DNA of 64,000 bases from Epithemia pelagica (taxonomy: Eukaryota; Protista; Bacillariophyta), in NCBI GenBank assembly GCA_946965045.2, contig OX337229.1:2480001-2544000 (forward strand), read 5' to 3'. Positions within the stretch are counted from its first letter, which is position 1. Every line of letters begins with the position of its first letter. The notes beneath the pieces were generated by a model. It made no database searches. It saw nothing but the letters and a program-made list of their open reading frames with translations, and had not been told where the DNA came from. A program made the position numbers and the translations under genes. Positions 57,049 to 64,000 of the stretch are shown piece by piece.

Positions 57049-57704
57049 AAGCATCCACGAAGTCAAGCGAGTGAGGTTTCCAATAGTAATGGAAACTATT
57101 CTTATGGAAGTACGCATGGAGTTCTGTGTGAACAGCACTGACACTATTGTTCCATGTCTAGCCATAAACTAAAGAGACCAATTGTGGCACCTTCCACAGC
57201 CATCTTCAGCAAATCAATCTGTAAACTACTAGATACTAGGTAGGTAGATGAGGTCGATCCTGTGGCAAGGATTGAATTGCTTGTATCGTCACTCATTGCC
57301 CTTGGTTGGAAGAACCTTGTGCGGCGGTGGTTGATCCATCCACACGATCTTTTTGAATCATTTTTGCGCCACTCGATTAATACAACAGACATGGTTCGAT
57401 TCCGTCGGGACAATAGAGTGATGGGGTGTCCAAGGCCAAGGAAATGGCATCTTACATAGTACAGAGACATAGGTCTATGATCTATTATGGTCTATATCTG
57501 TATGTGCGACTGCTGCACACTTTGCTAGTATCTTTCGGGGGAATCCAAGATCTTGTTGCCGGCCTTGGGTTGTTGTTGTTCAACGGTTGACATTCAAGAC
57601 TGTGGGATTGGGGCAGTCTTCTCGGTCTCTGCGAGATTGAAACCACCACAACAACAAACACGAGGAGGGGCGACGACGACAAGCATAGCAATCGCATTCA
57701 CATC

Positions 57705-60700
57705 ATGAAGTATCGTTCGACACGGAGTGATGATTCCTCGTTGGTCTCCTTTCAAGAAGCCATTGGTCAAGGCTACGCCCGTTCCGATGGAGGCTTGTTT
57801 GTTCCAGCCGAATTACCCCAGATATCTCCCTATATTTTGCAACTTTGGTCTCGATTGGATTTTCCTCATTTGACCGTTTCCATTTTACGACTCTTTATTG
57901 ACGAAACGGAAATTCCCAATGCCGATTTGCATGCCTTGATTTGTGACTATGCCCTTGATCCAGCCTCGTGGAATATCCACCAAGACCAACAGCCAAGCCA
58001 TGGCAGCACCACTACCAACAACAACAACAACACTACGACAGCATCGTCCTCGTCGTCCCACATTCCGGTGCGGTGGGTGGGGACACCCAGTCAGCGCTTG
58101 TATCTGGCCGAATTGTTTCAAGGACCGACGCATTGTTTCAAGGATTTGGGCATGCGATTTTTGGTCGCCTGTTTGACCTATTTTGCCGCTCGCCACGATC
58201 ATACCGTCTTGTTGGTGGCCTCCACCACGGGCGATACCGGACCGGCGGCCGTCCAAGCCGTGGCCGATGTGGCCTCGAGTCATTGTACCGCCTTTCAACG
58301 TTCCTCCCCTACCAAGGCTCGAAGGACCAATCCTCGCTTGTCACCCTCGTCTCGCGCCCCACCTCCCGGGTTGGTGGTCCATTATCCCGTGGGTCGTATT
58401 ACACCCTTTCAACAAGCGCAATTGTTGCAACAGTCGGTCGAATCCAATGTCCGCATTGTGGCCTATCCAGGAGGAGGGGACGATATGGATGCACCCATTC
58501 AAGAAATTTTGCAAGAATCCAATTCCAACTCCACGTCTACGACCATTGTCACGGGTGTGAATTCCTACAACATTGGTCGTCCCTTGATGCAATTGGTCCA
58601 CTATGTCTGGACCTATTTGCGCATTGTGGAAGAACAACAACAACCACAACAAGCATCGAATGGCAATTCCTCCTCCTTGTGGTTTCCCACGGTCGATTTT
58701 GTGGTTCCGACGGGTGCCATGGGCAATTTGGTGGGTGGATACATGGCCAAACAAATGGGAGTGCCCATTGGACGATTGGTATGTGGATGCAATATCAATG
58801 ACGTGGCGCATCGCATTCTTTCCACGGGAGACTTTCCACCCCGTGCTCCGACCATGCACACAACCCTAAGTGAAGCCATGAATGTTCAAGGCATTCCCTA
58901 CAATATGGAACGAATCTTGTTTTATCTCACACGAGGACACAACACCCAACTCCTCCAAGACTTTGTTCAAGCCACCACCACCACCAAGACCAATCCATCC
59001 TCCTCCTCCGCGTCGTCGCCACTCTTTTCCTTACAAGCCTACCCGGACGTCATGGCTCGATTGCAAACCGACTTTGGCAGTGCTCGAATTACCGATGCGC
59101 AAGTCTGTGAAACGATTCAATGGTGTCATGGCAATTTCCATCATTTAGTGGATCCCCATACGGCCGTCGGTGTGTGTGCCGCCTTGACGTGTGGCTATCC
59201 ACAACGTTCCACGGCTCCGGCCGTCGTCTTGGCCACGGCGCGGCCGTGCAAATTTCAAACGGCCATGGAACAAGCCGTGGGCACGGACGTTTGGCAGCAC
59301 CATGTTCAGTCTCTGGACTGTCCGGAATCGGCCCAAACCTTGATTTCCAATTTGGAACAAGATGCGGCAGCCCAACAACACAAGGATCCAGCGACGGTGG
59401 CGGCCGAGGGAGGTGCCATTGTCTATCCCTCCGATCCCACAATGTCCTTGTCCGAACTCCAACAGGTGTGGAAACAACGAACCGTTGCATTGTTGACCGA
59501 ACTCAATCACGGCAGTTCCCCCACTGTTATTGGTGCTGCTGGTGGGCCCAGTAGTACTAAAATGGCAACCATGCCGCCGCCCTCGACCGAATTTTCCGTC
59601 CTTTCTTCTATGGAAGACCCCTTTGCTTCTGCTTCCAGTGCCGACTTTTCCACGTCAGAATTTTCCACCACCACCGAATCCGTCGTCTCGGCTGTGGCTC
59701 AAACAGCAGCCGCCACTGCCCTCCAGCAGCAGCAACAACAACAACAAGCACAACAACCGTCCACCGCAGTGCCTCGCGTGTCTCCTATTGTCGTGGAAGA
59801 AGCAGAAGACGAAGACGAAGAACCGCCAGTGCCACCTCCAAGCACTGCTACTAGTAGTAGTACTCCTCAACAACAACAACCCAGCAAACCAAAACAACCC
59901 TTTTCGTCGCTCATGAAAATGGCATTGCCCCCCGAAGCCAAACAACAACAACAAGTCTCGATGAACAACAACAACAACAACATGAGTGACCTTCCGGAAC
60001 CACGCACCTTACTCGACACGGAAGGACGATCCTTGGTTTCGCCCTCCATGAATAGTGTGGGTGCCACCTCGCAACACTCTGGTGTGGGAGGAGCAGCAGC
60101 AGCAGCTTCACCCACAATGATGATGATGGGAGCATCTCCCACCAATCTTGACGTCAACACCACGACAACGGGCCTTGGTCCCGCACGATCCTCCATGGCA
60201 TCTCCCATGGAACTGCCAGCCGCTGGTTCCATGGAGTTGCCACCACCCAGTGAGTTGCCACCACCCTCGAGCGACCATCTTTCACTAACGTCCTTTTCCA
60301 CCATGCCGCCACCAGTGACCATGGCAACGTCGTCGACGACGAGTGCGGAGATTCCGGCACCCACTGCGTTTGGAACGACGGAAGTGACTCGTACCGTCAC
60401 AACTGCCAGTGATATAACCTCGTCCTCGAGCATGCAACCTCCTCCTCTTACCACTGTCACCTCGTCAGAGATGCCAGCACCCAGTTCCTTTGCTGCCATG
60501 ACACAGACGGCCACGGCGTCGACCGAGTTTTCCTCCTCCACGAATACGGCTGCTGCTGTTGCTCCTCCTGTCCCGCCTGCCATGTCCCCCACCACCACGT
60601 CGTGGTCCCTTCCGGCACCCTCGGAATTGCCGGAAACCAACACGACTAGTATGACGACTACTACAATGGACCCGACACCCTTTTCCGCAACAACAAGTGG

Positions 60701-61217
60701 GATGAGTATTCCATCGGCTGCTCCAGTCATGACCATGGCACCACCCTCCGCTCAGCCGTCACTCGACGCCATGTCGCTTCCGGCACCAGGAGACTTGCCG
60801 GCGCCCGATTCCTTTGTCTCCTCGTCGTCTTTTGGTGGTGACACTGGTGTTGGTGGTAGTAGTAGCAGTGCGGCATGGGCGGTGCCTTCCTCGTCTTCCA
60901 TGGATCCCATGATGAGTGCTCCCACCACCACCGCCAATGATGATGGTCTGATGGGTACACCTGAAAATCGGCAACCCAATCCCAAACGCAGCGAATTTTC
61001 CTCTCTCATGAAAATGGCCATGCAACCCAGTCTGTCCCAACCCGATGCCACGGCCGGTTTGGTCGCGGCGGCTGCGGTTCCCCCCTCTCCCCTGGCTGGT
61101 ACAAGTATTCCAGAAGGAGGAGGAGGTGCCCCCACAGAACCAGTTGTGGGCTCATTGGAATTGGGGAGTGCGCCCGAAGATCCAGTCTTTCATGTCATGG
61201 ACAATCCCAATGAATAA
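57705..61217 (+). CDS. Threonine synthase-like PLP enzyme (THNSL2-like) with ~550-aa low-complexity C-terminal tail
   Basis: MKYRSTR, DGGLFVP, ELFQGPTHCFKD (PLP lysine), TTGDTGPAA, NSYNIGR, VPTGAMGN, PYNMER, DPHTAVG, LATARPCKF. Confidence 0.88.
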   Translation: MKYRSTRSDDSSLVSFQEAIGQGYARSDGGLFVPAELPQISPYILQLWSRLDFPHLTVSILRLFIDETEIPNADLHALICDYALDPASWNIHQDQQPSHGSTTTNNNNNTTTASSSSSHIPVRWVGTPSQRLYLAELFQGPTHCFKDLGMRFLVACLTYFAARHDHTVLLVASTTGDTGPAAVQAVADVASSHCTAFQRSSPTKARRTNPRLSPSSRAPPPGLVVHYPVGRITPFQQAQLLQQSVESNVRIVAYPGGGDDMDAPIQEILQESNSNSTSTTIVTGVNSYNIGRPLMQLVHYVWTYLRIVEEQQQPQQASNGNSSSLWFPTVDFVVPTGAMGNLVGGYMAKQMGVPIGRLVCGCNINDVAHRILSTGDFPPRAPTMHTTLSEAMNVQGIPYNMERILFYLTRGHNTQLLQDFVQATTTTKTNPSSSSASSPLFSLQAYPDVMARLQTDFGSARITDAQVCETIQWCHGNFHHLVDPHTAVGVCAALTCGYPQRSTAPAVVLATARPCKFQTAMEQAVGTDVWQHHVQSLDCPESAQTLISNLEQDAAAQQHKDPATVAAEGGAIVYPSDPTMSLSELQQVWKQRTVALLTELNHGSSPTVIGAAGGPSSTKMATMPPPSTEFSVLSSMEDPFASASSADFSTSEFSTTTESVVSAVAQTAAATALQQQQQQQQAQQPSTAVPRVSPIVVEEAEDEDEEPPVPPPSTATSSSTPQQQQPSKPKQPFSSLMKMALPPEAKQQQQVSMNNNNNNMSDLPEPRTLLDTEGRSLVSPSMNSVGATSQHSGVGGAAAAASPTMMMMGASPTNLDVNTTTTGLGPARSSMASPMELPAAGSMELPPPSELPPPSSDHLSLTSFSTMPPPVTMATSSTTSAEIPAPTAFGTTEVTRTVTTASDITSSSSMQPPPLTTVTSSEMPAPSSFAAMTQTATASTEFSSSTNTAAAVAPPVPPAMSPTTTSWSLPAPSELPETNTTSMTTTTMDPTPFSATTSGMSIPSAAPVMTMAPPSAQPSLDAMSLPAPGDLPAPDSFVSSSSFGGDTGVGGSSSSAAWAVPSSSSMDPMMSAPTTTANDDGLMGTPENRQPNPKRSEFSSLMKMAMQPSLSQPDATAGLVAAAAVPPSPLAGTSIPEGGGGAPTEPVVGSLELGSAPEDPVFHVMDNPNE

Positions 61218-61748
61218 TGGTCTGGTGTATGTAGTAGTAGTAGAAGAAGAGACAAGAAGAAGTAGAAACGTTAAATCCATGTTTATTTGTGTTCATAGGG
61301 CATTCTTGTTCCACCTCTTCACGAAATGGAAGTACTGCTATCCAATAACACTGTGTGAAGTGCAAAAGGATCTTAGGAAGAGCGTTCAAACAACAGTTTT
61401 CTGCAGAATCGGGTCAGTCGCGGATGGAAGGCCCTGCTTCCGGCGAATGATGAGGAAATGGATGGATGCGTCGTCTGTCCTCCCATGTCTCGTGGAGTTG
61501 CGACTCGTAGGAATCAGAAGCCTCACAACAACGGAGAGACAGCAGTCTTCAGATGATGCGACAATTCAGACAACAGTCTTCAGATGATGCGACAATGCAA
61601 ACGAAACGTGTTTGGTATCTTTTTGGGTTTCATCGCAAGAGTTGCCTGAACTCAATCGCGCAACTAGACAGAATCATACCATGCACCCACTGTTGCCACA
61701 ATTTTTCTGACATCATCTTGTCACAGGTTTTGATCAACAGAGGAGAAA

Positions 61749-62855
61749 ATGATGGTGGCCTTGCCAACGACCGAAGCTTTCTCGATTGGTTCACAGGTCC
61801 TGGAGCATCTTCTTCGGCGCTTTGGTCTATGGAAGACGCTGCGGGCTCGACGTGTGGTCAAGAGGTTTATTCGGTGCAAAAGGAAGAAAAACAAGAATCT
61901 TGTGATACGATCGGTACCACCGCCACAAGCCTGGATTGATAAAGCGATTTACAATCCAGTGCGTACGAGGTTGTGGTGGACTGCAACTGACCGTGCCCTC
62001 TTTTGGAACAGTTTACAGAATGATATATTTCGCATTCTTCGACATGGAACTGTACATGCACGAAGTGCGGTTTTATTCGTCATTCATATCAGCTGCCTCT
62101 TTCCGGAAGTTCCAGGTCCCGTTCTAGAAGCTGTTATAAGAGAATGCATCCGTCATATCGCCACATTTCCCATTGCCGATAACACTGTTTCTGAAACAAC
62201 TCAGAATGAAGGAAATAACTATGACAACAATGACCAAGAGTTCTCTCCATTTGAAGATGGCAGTCACCATATCACAGTTGTTGCTCGAAACAAGGGCCCG
62301 ACGTATGATGTGCTTGATATTACTTCTAGTACCCGAGGCAGCACACTTACGACCGACACGAACGAGGCTATCGAAGTACACAACATGGTGGATGGCATTG
62401 TGAGCAAAACTCTCATGCCAGAAGATGTAATTGCCGTGAGTTCCGTTCTACTGTGCGTGGCACAAGCGGTACGTCGAAAAGAATGGATGCCGGATGAACA
62501 TATTTCGAGATCCCTGTGTTTGGCTCCCGAAATATTGGCCGACCTGGATGTACGCAATGCCGTCTTTTTGACAGAGGCAGGATTGCCCCTGAATGCCGGA
62601 CTGGCCATTTTGGAAGCCGAGGGCCTGGTGGAGACCACTGTGGAACAGCGAGGTGTGTTTCGAAGCAAGACCGTTGTCCAGTTCGTTGCATCCAAACGAG
62701 ACATTGGGGTCGAGATTGAACATGGACCTGCCAGTGGCGTTAGCAACAAAATTCTTGGAGGTAGTACGGCACGCATGAATTACGGACGACGAATTGTAAG
62801 CTTGGACAGGACTCGAAATCGACGTGAACTGAACACAAAGATTCGATTGGCCTAG
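61749..62855 (+). CDS. Hypothetical protein
   Basis: 368-codon ORF with globular-looking composition. The N-terminal TEA-F resembles an ASAFAP motif, so an upstream exon is possible. No family recognised. Confidence 0.5.
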   Translation: MMVALPTTEAFSIGSQVLEHLLRRFGLWKTLRARRVVKRFIRCKRKKNKNLVIRSVPPPQAWIDKAIYNPVRTRLWWTATDRALFWNSLQNDIFRILRHGTVHARSAVLFVIHISCLFPEVPGPVLEAVIRECIRHIATFPIADNTVSETTQNEGNNYDNNDQEFSPFEDGSHHITVVARNKGPTYDVLDITSSTRGSTLTTDTNEAIEVHNMVDGIVSKTLMPEDVIAVSSVLLCVAQAVRRKEWMPDEHISRSLCLAPEILADLDVRNAVFLTEAGLPLNAGLAILEAEGLVETTVEQRGVFRSKTVVQFVASKRDIGVEIEHGPASGVSNKILGGSTARMNYGRRIVSLDRTRNRRELNTKIRLA

Positions 62856-63141
62856 ACATGCACGGTAGACTTGAAGAAACTGTTTTAAATGTTAGTAAGA
62901 GTGTAAAGCTTACTTGTTGATGAATCTTCCAATAAACGTAGGTCATAGTTTTAACTTCATACAAGGTGATTGATGAAGAGGGTAGAGAAACTTTATGTTA
63001 GGCGATCGGCGCCGTTGTTTGTCGCAGGTCTGCACGAAACAGTTTTCCTTGCTATCATTTCCTACTTGGTGCAAATTTATCTGTGCACTTGAAATTGGTA
63101 TGACAGTTCTTGTGGAATAAGTTTTCGATTGTTGCCGTTTA

Positions 63142-63984
63142 TTACCGTTCATGTGTGTAGGTTGCGCTAGGAAATTGACGACACAAGTAATAGATTACAT
63201 TTCGCTCTGGCCGCTTGCATGTTAGAGCGTACTGAAGGGGAAGTTTTCTCTCCACCGATGGAATCGAGATGGTGGAAGTGTCCATTGCTTGAATGGCTTC
63301 ATAGTCAAACGAGGCCTCACATGCAAGGTGAATTGGGAGTTTTCCATCCACACGACTCATGGTTTTGGTCGCCTCGGGACATATCATGGCCCATTTCTCC
63401 GCCACATAGGAGCTCCATCCACCAGGCACAAAGCTGCGTTCACCTAAATCTTTTTCCTTGTACAACCAGAGGCGTAAAAACATGTGCAGTGGGTACTCTG
63501 TGCAATCTGTCGGCAATGGTCGACACACCGAAGTTTCGCAATACTCGATGCACTTGTAAAGCACTCTGGAAATTACAAGACCCTGCGCCGCACACTGATA
63601 CCTTGTCCATTGTTTGCGCAGCAGAATATGGAGAGGATATTCATTGTCGTAGTTGGGTATTCCCCAACCTTGTGGGTACGTTTCAGTTAGGAATTCGATG
63701 AGATCATAGTTTCTGTCCTTACACGCCCTATGTAGAGGGATATTTCCGTTCGCGTCTCGTGCATGAACCGTCATTGGATTGTTTTTGTAGATACGAATCG
63801 TCCTATGAGGACGCCACCTAAAGAAGCTTTCATGATGGAGAGAAAGATCAACTTTGCCCTTGACGGGTTCTAGTGATGAAAATGTGAGAGATTTGAGGTT
63901 CAAGGATACCACAATGCACAATGACCGCACCACGTACCAGGAGAACGCCAGGACATTGTACCGCCTTTCTGAGACGAAGCACAA
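63142..63984 (-). CDS. Ankyrin-repeat protein (diatom-type); 5' end uncertain
   Basis: Repeated GNIPLHRAC, EYPLHILL, EYPLHMFL, KLPIHLACE and KLPLQYAL. The first clear ATG is at 63774. Confidence 0.75.
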   Translation of the reverse strand: MCFVSERRYNVLAFSWYVVRSLCIVVSLNLKSLTFSSLEPVKGKVDLSLHHESFFRWRPHRTIRIYKNNPMTVHARDANGNIPLHRACKDRNYDLIEFLTETYPQGWGIPNYDNEYPLHILLRKQWTRYQCAAQGLVISRVLYKCIEYCETSVCRPLPTDCTEYPLHMFLRLWLYKEKDLGERSFVPGGWSSYVAEKWAMICPEATKTMSRVDGKLPIHLACEASFDYEAIQAMDTSTISIPSVERKLPLQYALTCKRPERNVIYYLCRQFPSATYTHER

Positions 63985-64000
63985 TACGAATGGAGCCTCA

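Overview
Eukaryotic nuclear DNA, most likely from a diatom: short 50-160 nt GT-AG introns, bipartite signal peptides with ASAFAP-like motifs, and a CoDi-style copia element. Host genes: kinesin-7-like motor, Crinkler-type REase+kinase, PH-domain protein, divergent Sar1-family GTPase, importin beta-1, targeted SET protein, a tandemly duplicated and partly broken ACSBG acyl-CoA synthetase/DUF1517 module, duplicated coiled-coil genes, a threonine-synthase-like protein with a very long tail, and an ankyrin-repeat gene. Two mobile elements have exact boundaries. (1) A young 6.3-kb Ty1/copia LTR retrotransposon (6506-12801; LTRs identical by eye, CCCTC TSD). It has no tRNA-type PBS; instead the PBS position is a perfect 15-nt complement of its own LTR, suggesting self-priming. 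It also carries an extra upstream ORF. (2) A ~17-kb Helitron2/HLE2-type element (31724-48674), delimited using a paralogous empty site. It has asymmetric TIRs, GNA-triloop hairpins at both ends, two unknown accessory ORFs, a RepHel gene broken only by two in-frame TGAs, and a ~6.7-kb internal 176-bp satellite with an 11-monomer higher-order duplication. No rRNA, tRNA or CRISPR array was seen. All intron calls are predictions from splice motifs and reading-frame continuity.
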